From: Trichoplax adhaerens
Lineage: Eukaryota > Animalia > Placozoa
Direction: 5' to 3'
Length of the DNA stretch: 64,000 bases
Assembly (NCBI RefSeq): GCF_000150275.1
Contig: NW_002060947.1
Location: 1,911,740-1,975,739, forward strand
Every line of letters begins with the position of its first letter. Positions within the stretch are counted from its first letter, which is position 1. A program made the position numbers and the translations under genes. The notes under the pieces are model-generated. The model was not told the DNA's origin and did no database searches. It saw only the letters and a program-made list of their open reading frames with translations. Shown here in pieces: positions 12,741 through 25,430 of the stretch.

Positions 12741-13694
12741 GTATTGGATAGTTTCATAGGGGGAGGAGGCCACATTGGATAGGATCATGTAGTCGTTGGT
12801 AAATAATTTCAATCGCACAACATTGTCATGCAGAATGTCAATCCAACTTCCTAGTTTTTGTTGTAGTTTCATTTAACTACAACTGCAAACATACATGCCA
12901 TGGACCTTTAGAAACGATGGCATCATCTAAATGTCAAGTTAAATGTTGAGGGAGTACGTTACGTGAAACTGCTGACCTTAGAAGCCATAAAACAATAAAT
13001 CACGCCAAGATTTCAAATTTTTAACCCAATAGAATTTTCACCCCTCTCGGTAATATAGCATATAATATCGATCCATTGTATTTGTAAACCCATCGTTTAT
13101 TGCTGCTACTTCAAGAGCACAACAAACTTGATGTCTTGGACAAACTAAAGTAGCTTTCAATCTCGTATCAAGTAACTCCTTTTCTAGTGTTACTAACAAC
13201 CATCAATCGCATAAAGGAGTATACAGTATGCTACTTATTTAAACGACTTATGATACTGCATTAGCATTCAGTATTTGAATTCATTGTAAAAATACTAAAT
13301 AGCGACTAATTTTCATAATCACGTCATCTATAGAGTACCCCAAATTCATCGTTCAACTTTATTACCGTATTAATTTTATACGTACTTTATCTACTGTACA
13401 ATTCATTTGCCATATACATTCAAGCATGAAGTGAAATAAATTCTAGATAGCTAAATTTACTGCAATAAACAATTAATAAAATTACGCCATAAACGTCTAT
13501 ACATAGGTAGTTATGTACGAGTATATATATATATATACACTATTCCTTCAATTTGTACAGTATCTTTCAAAGGCGCAGAAAATGATAGCTGAATATATCC
13601 GCATACATTTATGTTGTAGTGGTTAAGTTAAAATTATTTTAGCTTATAATTACTCAAAATCAGATATGTTAATAAATGTTGTAAAATGTCGCTA

Positions 13695-16600
13695 TTATAC
13701 TGCAGCTCCTATTCTCGAATTGTTATTCTCTTGCACTCTGCCATCTTGTATTGCGTCTTCAGGGACTTCTGAGGGCAAAGGTACTTCAGATGCAGAACTG
13801 CTGTTATTTTGACTGTTATTGTGATTGTATCCAGGTTGTGTAATAACAGCCGGTAACGTATTTGGTGTGGGATTATTTATACTTCTAGAGCCATAGTTAG
13901 GATTTGTATCATTTAAAAGGTTGTACTGACCAACCTTAATTTTAAAAAATTGACCAGTAATCAAAGATCCACGAAAAATCAATTACAAGTAGATATCACC
14001 ATACGCATCATAGACCTACTTGATAGGGCATAGCTGTAGCTCGCTTATGCAAAGCAAGTGCCTCTTCATCTTCTGGACCAACAGTCCCACGTACATCGAT
14101 TAAACTGTCGATTTATTGAAAGATTTAGGAGGTTAAGGGTGCGCATGACGTCAAAAGAAAACTAGTTGCGCTAGCTTAAAGGCATTTTCATTTATCTTAC
14201 AATTACCTAGGTGGAAAAGGCCCACACGATACTGCAAGGAAATTCTCTAAAGCAGAACCATGACTATATGGATTACTGGTTGCTTCACCGCGCCTTGCGG
14301 CCCACGAACCCTTAATCTAAAATTTATAAATTAGGCGATAGAATAAAAAAATTAAATTTTACCTACAACCAAAGATAGATACATTTTACGAATGAGGTAA
14401 ACACAAAAACTTGCCTGTTCGTTTGTGGTTTGTCCATTATATATCAAATAAGAATGAAATCCTGATAGTCCTACCACAGACCACAACGCTAGAAATGATA
14501 CTATTCCGTTGAAAACAGTGCGACGAGTTAAGAAAATAATAACCGTTTGAACTACTTTTAACAAAATGCGATTAACGTAATATGATCGACGTCACTTTCA
14601 CAGAGTATTTAAATGAACTAATCGGAAGAGTTATTTTACGAATTATATAAGAGAATGTTTAATGGATATCTCGGCGGTGAGTCCCTAAGCGCAGTAGCGA
14701 TAGACGCACCCGGTTCGAAAGACCCTAGAGGAAGATATGAAGGCAACGGATATTGTCGTTAATAGTAATAAATAGGATGAAATCGTAATAGCCGACAAGG
14801 CTCTCAATAAGTATACGTAGTTATCAGGATAAACGTATCATAAGTAACAATAAATTTACTCACTTAAAACCAGGTTTGTGATTGAAAAGCCTAAGATATA
14901 GATACAAAGAACGGATACAGAGAGACAAAAGTGAAAGAAGTATCGATAATTCCTTTTGCCGACACAATTGCCAACCTACAGCCGAAATATTACGATGATA
15001 GGATTCGTTATTAACAATGCTTCATAGTATCTAGTAATTTGGCATAATAGCATGATGATACGAACCCATGGGCAGTGATGATCGAAATTTTCTTTATAGC
15101 GCCAAATTCCAATGATATAGTGTGAGGTAAACAGCATAGGCGTAAATTCAGAGAAAAATAATCAAATCATTAATATTTTACCACAACTAAATTCTTAGTG
15201 GTGATTTCAAAAGAAACAAGTCCAATTCATCTCCTAACCAATAATATCTACTGTCAATATATATACAAATCTTATACGCAACTCGTTAAGTTAAAGAATT
15301 CTGATATACGATAATTGGTGCATTGAATTAAATAGTGAATTATAATAGAGTAAGCAGTATCAGTTGCCTCACTCTATTCCATGATTGAATTCATATAATA
15401 TTAAATAAACTAACCAACACAATTATCGCAAAAGCTGCAATGGGAAGCTCGTGGAGGACGAAAAATTTTGCAGGAATAACAATATTTCAACTTTACTGGT
15501 ACACCATTAACAGTGATCTCTTTTACTCTTGGAGGTGGTCGATAAGCAGTAGGGCCATCACCATTTGTTGGATCAACAACTACAGAAATTAAAAATTAGG
15601 CAAAATTGGGAATAAGTGGAGAATCTAAATACGCTTGTAATTGTCCAATCCACAGTATTTTTGCAGGTCGAATAGAGACAATATGCTGTACCAGACCGGA
15701 TTTATAGTTGTAATAATTTTAAGCTTAGATTTATTATGAAAGTTAAACTACAGGTACAGAATTGCAATATCGGCGAAATGGAAAGTACTGTATGTACACT
15801 TGTAGAGTCTACTGTATAATACAACATCAATTATTGTAAAAACCTTAGGCTAATATACAAATTAGATTTATTTTTATTATCATGTTCAAAAATATTTTTA
15901 ACAAATAAAATCACTTACTAAACATCCTTTCTAAATACGCAATTTCACTCGCCGTGGCTCTGGGTATAATGCCGGGATCGGTGAATGTCGTTCTCAGAAG
16001 GCAAGTGAGAGTAAATAGGAAGAGGATGGCACCAATAATGGGGACAGCAATGCTCAATTTATGAGACAGATAAACACCACTACAGTAAAATTGCATCATT
16101 TATCAAAGTCAATATTTATTAAATAGAAAGCATACAAAACCTATCGGCAATAACAAATACGCTAGTTGGATGTGTCCAGTGAGGACATAATAATAAGAAT
16201 ACGAATAAATTGTAACAAAGAAATCAGAAAAAGCGTAATGCTAGTTAGGGTTAGGAGAGGGGGTATGCACATAAAGTGTTTTGAATGGGTGATGGGATAT
16301 CGTCGATCAACTTGAATCTGATAATAAAATTGAGGAATAGTCGAAATAGTAATCCAAGGCTTATGACGTAGCTGCAATAAAACGATTGAGGCAAGTAATC
16401 ATTCTTTGCAGTAATGATGTAATAGTAACTAACATTCGATGAAACTGATGGCATGAATAGCAACATTCAAGTAGCCTTGAAAATCGATCGGATCACTATT
16501 GGAGATACTCACGTCGAAATAACACAAGTTTACAAGTATGAAAGTTATGCTACCGAAAGTAATAGCATTGGGTGTCAGCTATGTTAGTCCTGTAAGCGCG

Positions 16601-18797
16601 GTGTGCTTACACGGCTGGACAATGGACATCTATTTGCAAGTGCAATAATGAAAAAATCATTTTTAGGCACTATCCCCAGTCCGCAGATGATGCAATTACA
16701 GTACACTAGTATGATTGATACAGATCGTATCTCAAATTGTCAATAAAGTTACCGCTCGTTTGCTTTACAGTAGTGATTTCGCAATATGGTAGTATACTGT
16801 ACTGATACTTCGCTAAGTCCATGGTCTGCACTGTGCACAGATATTACAATAAATGAAGAGATTTTTCGTATTAGTCTAGTACATAAGTACAGCTTTGGAA
16901 AATAGAGATACACAAGTGTACAAGGACTGCACTATCGGTCTAGACGAGCCAGCACTCGTATCTTATCGTAACTTTCCCATGAAAGCTATTTTCATTATAC
17001 AGTAGATAACGATTCAGCACGAGGAAAAGTTTCTTGAATTAGTGACTATTTTATTGCCTGCTACAATAATTACAAACTTCCGGGTTTAAGGTAGGAATTG
17101 GATGAACAGCGTACACTATAGCCACGGCACAATTGTGTATATCAAATTTCTTAATCAATACTGTATTAACTTAAAAAAGTTGACAAGGTAAAATTCGATC
17201 TCAGTACGCTTACAGACTGCATGTTACAAAATGGAATATTCTCATTTATCGATAAATCAGACGCTTCAAGACAATACTAGATTGGGACACCCTATAAATA
17301 TTGAACTTTCTTAAAGTCTGTCTATTTAACCGAAACCAAGCGGGATTTTGTTCGATTTACAGGATCATACTATAATACACTTCAAAGTGTACAGTATACT
17401 GTTACAATTATTTTAGCATGTTGTGGAAAAGACGCTGACTGCGTTTTCTTTTCAGTGGTGTATTATAAAATAGTTGTAATGGTAGAATCTTGAACTATAT
17501 TTTACTGGCAGTAATTGCAGAACAAGCATTATCAAGTGTAGGTAACGCTCCTCGAATAATATCACCCCAGGCAGCCATTAATCACTTTCATCCACGAAAT
17601 AGCTACGCATTTCAGAATCAGATGTTAACTATATTTTCTGTTCAGCTGCGTACAATAAAATAGCCGTAATGGTAGAATTTGGGGTTATGTTCTACTGGTA
17701 GTAATTGTGGAACAAGTGTTCGACAGTGTCAAGGAAAAAGCTACTCGAATAATATCACTCCACGTAAGATAACCGCTTATTTCAGAGTTACGCTTCTACT
17801 GAACCTTATACTGCATTGGACGCGTCGAGAGATGATAGTATACTGTACATCATGATGCAATTGTAGCAGTACTACTAAGAAATAGAATATCGAATTGTAA
17901 AAGTCTATAATATTATTTTACGTTAACTTGTTGGAGGCAAACCCTTTCATGGAAATCTGCAGTGTATTCATGCTTTATTGAATAGAGCTATGCTATACGT
18001 AGAAGCACTACGATGTGAATTTGGAAGAGAATCTTGCAATACTGGACTTGACTGTGTACGTTGAAATTTAAAATGAATAACTTTCCACATACCGAAACTA
18101 TGCTGTCACGAACTATAGACTACAGTAGAATAACGCAGCTGAGTCATGCCAATACTAGGGTTACTTTTTCTTTATTGCCAGTAGCATTATTCTGTTGTAA
18201 TAATACGATTAAGTGTACATTGATTTTTCTTGATGCCATGCGTTGTAGGACAGAAAGTTTGACTATCATTTGGAGGTTGATTTTGCCTAGTGATAAAACT
18301 GATCATCAGTTACTTGGCTCGTAAACTACGCATGATAATTTATATAATATCATTTCCTGTCTTGAACAATCAATGACTCCAATGGAGTCTACGTAGAAGT
18401 ACATTACTGTACTGAAAAAATAAAGTTGAATTTTACCATGACTAAGAAAATGATGTGTTGGCCAGTTGAATAAGATAATACCCCTTGGCAAAATTGGGGG
18501 TTTTGAAATTAATCTCAACGTAGTAACCCAAACACGACTGACAGTACAGCCCACTTCAAAGTTAGTTGGCATGGTGGGTGCGATCATTTAGATCGTAGTC
18601 AAGGCTAGACACGAGTCGATTTCTATTACTTACTCAAAGGCAATAAAAAGACAACAACATACGACTATCAAGGATCCTGTAAATGATACCAAGCCGATAT
18701 CGCGTCCAGTCATTAAGCGACCATTAAGGCAAAAGCGATTTCTGCCAGGAAAAATTTCCCATTTACGCTGAACCATGACGGCAGTATAGCGTGTCAT
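13695..18797 (-). CDS. ZDHHC14: DHHC palmitoyltransferase, ZDHHC9/14/18 (Erf2) subfamily, about 406 aa, 10 exons
   Basis: Minus-strand exons 18797-18634 ([19 protein letters not shown]), 16079-15919 (DPGIIPRA), 15579-15415 ([26 protein letters not shown]), 15091-15066 (ENFDHHCPW), 14975-14864 ([13 protein letters not shown]), 14724-14670, 14517-14415 (TTNE motif), 14316-14207 (IKGSW...NPY), 14104-14020 and 13934-13695. The start could alternatively be ATG 18776. The symbol is the closest recalled human member; the gene is probably co-orthologous to ZDHHC9/14/18. Confidence 0.93.
14317..14414 (-). other. GC-AG intron in ZDHHC gene
   Basis: Donor CAG|GCAAGT and acceptor TTTTAG|ATT give the family-conserved TTNEQ-IKGSW junction. 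Confidence 0.85.
14518..14669 (-). other. U12-type AT-AC intron in ZDHHC gene
   Basis: On the minus strand: donor AG|ATATCCAT, branch site TTTTCTTAAC (14536-14527) and acceptor GCAC|T. Splicing gives an in-frame [22 protein letters not shown]. Confidence 0.9.
17464..17760. repeat. Diverged direct duplication (about 190-nt period) in ZDHHC intron 1
   Basis: ATAAAATAG..GTAATGGTAGAAT...TACTGG.AGTAATTG..GAACAAG...CTCGAATAATATCAC occurs twice. Confidence 0.7.
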
Positions 18798-19109
18798 ATG
18801 AGTTAGGGCAGAAGCCAAATTTTCGATTGGAATAAACTACTGTACAGTATTACAACACAACTCTTCTCCAGGACTCAATCAACTAATTCTACACTTTACT
18901 AATTTGTACATGGAAGAAGATGGATTGAATTAAGGATCAATCAGCCTGATTATAAATGTTTTATAGTTTCTAGACACCTTTTGCTAAAGAGAATTATTGT
19001 AAACTGATTGGAAATCTGTTCTGCGCAGCTCCACCAGCGTGAAATTCAAGTGACTGTAGTAGCGTAGCGTGTACAAGGCTGCATTGAAACATGGACCACA
19101 CGTCCAGCA

Positions 19110-19570
19110 CACTACTCTACAGTGTATAGTATACGGTAGTACAGTACTGTACTGTACAGATGAAGTTTTTTTCTTTCATCGTCTACAGTGTACAGTACTG
19201 TACTGTACTGTACATCGTCTATACTGTACTGTACAGTACTGTACTGTACAGTACTATACAGTACAGTACAGATGAAGTTTTCTTCTTTCATCGTCTATAC
19301 TGTACTGTCCTATACAGATGAAGTTTTCTTCTTTCATTGTCTATACTGTACTGTACTATACAGATGAAATTTTCTTCTTTCATCGTCTATACTGTACATT
19401 GTACAGTGTACAATACAGATGAAGTTTTCTTCTTTCATCGTCTATACTGTACGGATGAAGTTTTCTTCTGTTATAGTCGGTACAGTGCAATCCAGCATTG
19501 TACTGTACACTGTACTGCGGGTCACTCCAAACTCCGATTGACCTGCTTTGAGCGCAGTACGGTACGGTAC
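19110..19570. repeat. Minisatellite of (TACTG/CAGTA)n tracts alternating with GATGAAGTTTTCTTCTTTCATCGTCTA units
   Basis: About six copies (near 19158, 19270, 19316, 19362, 19417, 19453) embedded in TACTG/CAGTA pentamers. Lies between the divergent ZDHHC and PLP-enzyme genes. Confidence 0.9.
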
Positions 19571-20018
19571 TAATACCATTCTGGTTGATATATATTTTTA
19601 TTTTGGACTCCGAAGACGATCCGACTTGAAAGGATAAGATACAAATCCAGTACCAAGTCCGATCGTTGAAATGATAATCGGATAGGAATCCACAAAATTG
19701 CATTGCACAGTAGCGTTTGTACATGTGTACGTACATGGTACATGCAAGCAGAGACTACCACAGTAGAGAGGCAACGTACAGTATGCGGCCTACAACTTGG
19801 AGTCCATGACTCACTCATTGACGGGCGTATTCGGCCGGTACCGGTACGACTCCGACCCAATGTTACAATGGAGCACCGAATCCAGTACGAATCCGATCGG
19901 CTTTGCAAAACAGTAACGTACAGTACAGCACTAGTAGTGTACACTGAGTGCTACAAGAAACCGCCACCTCTATTCTTGTTCGGTACTGTTGTCCTTGACG
20001 GTTACAGTTTGTAAAAAA

Positions 20019-20043
20019 CGAACCGAACCGAACTGAACCGAAC
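20019..20043. repeat. (CGAAC)n pentanucleotide microsatellite
   Basis: CGAACCGAACCGAACTGAACCGAAC. Confidence 0.8.
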
Positions 20044-20536
20044 TCAGGCCTTGGTCTAATTGACATTCATCAGAGTTGGAGAATTTCGCTAAGTCACTTT
20101 TTATCTCAACTTTTAGTCCGACAGTCTAAAATGATACTAAATATTATTACCAAAGGGATATTCTATGAATGGAGTGCTATGAACTACGTGATTTCTGCGA
20201 TCTGTGGATAGGATAGTAGTCAATTTGTGAAATAATACAGTACTGTATTTCATTCCTAGTTTACTGTACTAAGGTCTACAGAGTGACATCATTTTGGTCA
20301 GCTATTTGCCCTTGCGCGTCACACGGATCAATACTACTGTATTATACTGTACTGTACTGTACATCCTGAAATACACAATATTGTTCAAGCGTTTTGTCCA
20401 AAAAATAATGTCACCCCTAGACACACATCAATGTACAGTAACAGTATACAAAGGAAGTAAATAAGAAGAAGAAGAACGCTGCAAAACACTAGCGCACAGC
20501 TTGCGTCGTTTGCTTCTCAAATCCCAATCTTTCAGG

Positions 20537-23137
20537 ATGACTTCGTATTCTCTGCGCGTTGGATGCAGTATTCGTGATATCCTGACACCTGCACTTGTGG
20601 TAGACCTACAAAAGTTAGATTATAACTTAAAGAGACTGCCTGAATCTTTGAAAGGAATCAATATCAATATTAGGCCCCATGCTAAAGCCCACAAATGTCC
20701 ATCTTTAGCCCATTTTCAGGTAAACACTAGTACTCTACTATACGCGTATAGAAAATTCAACGGATTAAAACACGCTACCTTTGATGGACTGTATATGAGA
20801 ACATGAGTCAGAAACTACAATCCTAACAATCAGCTTTGGTGCTGTTACATCCATAGATGGCATATTGCATGCATTGACATTTCGCATATACCGTCTAGGG
20901 ATGTGCAAAGTGCAATGCAACATCGACACTTGTTGATGGACTTGTTAAACCCAACTTAATTAATGTAGCTTATTTTAACGGTGCTCGATCCACTTTGGCC
21001 CTACCGGATGTTTTGGATAAGATATAACCAATGTTGTAATCTATTTACATGCAGATTAAACATGGCTCCGTCGGAATGTGCTGTCAAAAGTTATGCGAAG
21101 CTGAGAGCATGGTACGCGTACTTGTATCGCAATCATTTGTTAATCAATCTCAGGAATATTGCATGCGTGTAGGAGCATTCTGTAATATAAGCATATCGTG
21201 ATACATACTACATACAAACTCGTAGAATGCAAATATCAATTACTGGCAGTCTTTCCATGAGTAATTTACTAATATCAAGGTGATTATAATCTTTGGATTC
21301 AATCAGGTAACTGGTGGTATCAAAGACATCTTGTTGTCCAACGAGGTTTGTTCTATTGCTTCTTGTTTTTTTATTGATTAATTATTAGAAAGTAATGTCT
21401 TGGACCAAATACTTTGATGCTAAACTCGCTAAATCATTGAACTAGCTTGTTGGAAAATCCAAACTTACCAGGCTAGCTTTGCTAGCTAGAAATGCACATA
21501 TTACTGTATGCATTGACAACGAAGACGTTGCTTCTCAATTATCTCACATTGCCAAAGATTTAAATGTTGAATTGGATGCCTTAGTGGAGATTGATGTAGG
21601 TCAAGAGAGATGTGGTGTACCGCCAGGAGAAGCTGCTGTTAACCTCGCTCGTCATTTAACCAGCTTACCCAATTTACATTATAAAGGGATTCAAGCCTAT
21701 CAAGGGTACGAATTATAGTTTCTTAACTTGTTCGTATCTGATTTGAGTGACAAGGTCTTTAGCTTATCGTTTACAATGCTTTAATAAGCTACATTCCGAA
21801 AATTCGCTAATTATCCAGATAGCAACTTTATACGTACGAGTAGATAGGTAGGTATACGCGCATGTTGAAAATCTAGTAAATTTATATCGGTTCAAAAGCA
21901 ATTGGTTGCCTTCCTAACCGAGATCTATTATATATTATGCTTCAAGTATAAGTGGACTACTACAGTACTGTAATATACGGTACAATTATTGTATCAATTT
22001 TTTTTGTTATTCGCATAAAATTGTTCGCATATATATTATTTTTAAAAGATCGTTTGATATAATACTGATTGTGTACGTACTATAGGTGAAAATTTTTATC
22101 CATTATTCCATCTGAAAAAATATTTCAGTGCAAACTTTGCAATGTAATATATCTTCTAGGTGGAATCAACACATTAGGAAGTATAACGATAGAAAGGCAG
22201 CGGTTGACATGGTAGTAACGAAAGTAAAAGTTACTTTAGAGGTAAATATATCATGCAGTGTACAAAGTCATGTTGAGATATTGTTGCTTTCATGACATAG
22301 TAAATTCCGAAGCAAATTACGGTGATTGATACAACCATAGGCTTTAAGAAAACATAATTTACCTTGTGAAATTGTGACCGGTGGAGGCACTGGAACTTAC
22401 ATATTTGAAGCCAATAGTGGAGGTATATTGTGTTTCTTGCCGCATGATTTCAAGTCGTGCACATTCCGTTGATTCATGTAGAATACTGAATACTTACGTT
22501 CGCATTCTGCTTTCTTTATCTGATAGTGTACACAGAGGTTCAACCGGTAATATATTGTAGTATTCTCTTCATGCTGTCATTTCCCCCCAACTTTCTGTAT
22601 TGTTGAGCTACATATGGATATAGTTTCTTACAATTTTGCGTTCTTACTCTAGGGTTCATATGTTTTTATGGATGCAGATTACGGCCGAAATTTTGATCAG
22701 AAGGACGAATATGTATCGGATTTCCGGCAAAGTCTGTTTGTGCTGAGTACTGTCGTCAGTGTTACGCCTGGTCAACGTGCCGTATTAGATGCCGGACTGA
22801 AAGCGATTAGCCTTGATTCTGGCGTACCTGTTTTAGCAGATTACCCAGAACTAACTTTCAATAATGGTGGAGATGAACATGGGATCATTACACCAGCTGG
22901 CAATTTCAAGGTCCTACAGTATATGTTTATATACATGTTTGTATTGAGATCTTACAATTTTAAAGACAGAAGTTATATAACGATTTTTTATCAATGTCTT
23001 ATTAGGTTGGTGACACGGTATGGCTTGTTCCTGGACATTGTGATCCAACAGTCAATATGTACGATAATCTGATCGGTATCAGAAACGGAATTGTAGAATG
23101 CGTCTGGCCAATTTCAGGTCGTGGACCTGGAGTTTAG
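20537..23137 (+). CDS. Fold-type III PLP enzyme of the DSD1 / D-threonine aldolase family, aldolase-type signature, about 370 aa, 9 exons
   Basis: Exons 20537-20719 (TPALVVD...RPHAKAHKC, PLP lysine), 21055-21111 (GMCCQKLCEAE), 21307-21345 (GIKDILLSNE), 21446-21705 (VEIDVGQERCGV...GIQAYQG), 22160-22241 (WNQH), 22341-22422 (VTGGGTGT), 22527-22546, 22653-22910 (GSYVFMDADY...DAGLKA...DEHG) and 23006-23137 (PGHCDPTVN...RG). A short upstream exon 20431-20456 spliced to 20536 would add MYSNSIQRK in frame (uncertain). Confidence 0.9.
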
Positions 23138-24071
23138 ACTTAGATGCATTATAGAAGATAAGATAATCACTCTGGAAACCAATTCTCGATAAAATAATTA
23201 ATTAGAAATTACGCACAGGGATTATTGAGTACATGCATTCAAATGCAATAAAATTCTCATGTTGTATGCATCAAATTTGAACGATATGTGATGAAATCAT
23301 TCGTTCTATGTGAGTGTAGCATACAAGATATCTATCATGGATTGTGTAGTTGTAACAATTCGATTTATGTTATGGTATACTGTAAAGTAATTCTCTTGCT
23401 AGCTGATTCTGTGATTCTATAGATGGCAATAGCTGATCACAGGTGTTGAATCAAAATTATCTGTATTCTTTATCCTGTAGGTAGACGTCAATAGCAGCTA
23501 TTCGATAATTATTATATATGACATAAATTAAATTAATCATATGTTCTAATAGTCGGTGAACATAGATATCCAAATGATTAATCCGATACCATCTGTTAAC
23601 AGAGATCACCGATGATTGTCCAAATATTGTTCTGGCAGTGCTACAAAATGTATACCTACTTAAAAGATTTACACTCACAGTCCATCCCATGCTTTCGCCT
23701 TTAATATCTAATAAAGAAATTGTTGTATTCGTAGCTATAAATAAATTTATTTAAATACATTAAATCCGTATCGATAGCCAACATTTTCTTACTCGAATAA
23801 TAACAAGACAATTGATGAATAAGTAAATTCCTTCATAATATCGATTTGCAAATGGCCGAGTACAATTGACGCGAAGATTGGAGATGATAGTTGACTCAAC
23901 CGATCAGTAAATCATATCATTATCATACAGAGCTATATCATATGACATTTTTGAGGAGGATTAGACGATTTACTAGTAGCCATCTTCGCTAAAACTTTAT
24001 TATTAAAAATAAAGGTCTCCCAATTTTTAACCCAATTTGTAGTTGCCTGATATACAAAAGGATTTAAGGCC

Positions 24072-24656
24072 TCATTTTTTACTATCATCATCTTTTGAGA
24101 TGGAGTTATTTCTCGGTAATCGCATATGTTCGAACCGTTTTACAAATTCGCCATCTTTTGAAGGCATAATGCTCCTCATTTTATCGCCAAATTCTTTAGC
24201 CTATTGTAAATATTAATACAGAGAATTATTCTACCATTCATCATTGGATTTGAATTGTATAGTACTACTGTAGACTATTCTTCATAGATTTCTGTCAACT
24301 TATTCCTTTGAATTACTCAAGATCAAACCGGAGAGTGATGAGTACTTTGAATTGAAGTTACGTACACTGTGAACATTGAAAAGAGTTCGAACTGATATGA
24401 TTGCCATTGCAAATCCACCACATGAGATTACTGTAGCCCAGCCTAAGGCTCTAGTTGCTAATCTTCCTCCTTCATATTGGCTATGCATGAATACATCTGG
24501 ATGTTTTCTTCTTGTTAATGAAATAGTAGCGCCAAAACCACCTAAAATTGATACCATTGAGATTCCGACAAGCACAGGTAATGCTATCGTATTGAAACTA
24601 AATTTGCTAGCTTTATTTTCCTCCTCCTCCGTTTTATCTATAGTTTCTTTTTCCAT
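24072..24656 (-). CDS. TMEM242: Transmembrane protein 242 (DUF1358), 139 aa, 2 exons
   Basis: Exon 24656-24366 (GGFGATISLTRRKHP...GGRLATRALGWAT...NVHS) and exon 24200-24072 (AKEFGDKMRSIMP). The LAxRALGWxT and VHS-xxEFxxKMxSI motifs match the family. Confidence 0.88.
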
Positions 24657-25430
24657 CTTTCTGAATAAAAGCTGCCACCAACTGTAATACTAGAAATACT
24701 AATTAATACGAATAAAAAAGAGGCAAGCAATTAGGCTTGCTACAAAATGCATGCAACACTTTTGCACCTCCATTTTTAAGCTATTTTTATACTATCTGTC
24801 TCCAGTAAAGCGAGCATTAATCCAATAGATTAACCTAATCACTGAAAAATTCAACTAGTATATCAAGCAATAAACACAGGTAGGAAATATTACCGTCACA
24901 AGTATTAAAAATGTGCTGAAAGTCCCATATCAACCACTTTCAAGGCTGATCGAAATCCACTTTCCATTTTTTGCACAGCTCGCCAAAGATCTGCAAGCAA
25001 GCTTACAGTCCTATGGCTAAAGGTATAGTGTATGGTATAGTGCTTGAAGTAGTACGCTTTACTATCATGGGCTCACTATACTATGATTTTGTATGGAAAA
25101 GGATGGCCCAACGTGGCGATACGTCATAGTAAACAGCCCCAGGTACTCAAATAGCCTACAATGCAATAAAGAATTGTATGAGAAGCAGACAGGGCTAACG
25201 ATTCGTCTAGCAATCAATCCTGACGCCTTCCAAGAATATCGACTGACACTGTGCAGTACTTAATTCCATACCATACTTCTATACCTAGCTTGCGCTATAG
25301 TCGGATAAAAGCGATGTGGTATTGACCAAAAGCTAATAGCTCTGCAATTCCTGTTTCAGCGAAATCTTTCAAGTATCCTTGCTCATTAAATTTGTTCTAC
25401 AGGCTTTACAATCTATCTCCGACCTTCATA

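Noticed and set aside
19069-20066. Several overlapping ORFs of 67-124 aa
   Set aside because: They arise from the TACTG/CAGTA minisatellite and a locally GC-richer promoter region, with low-complexity YCTV-type translations and no recognisable family.
20537-23137. Bacterial contamination or recent gene transfer of the PLP enzyme gene
   Set aside because: It has eight GT-AG introns, host-like base composition and is contiguous with animal genes.
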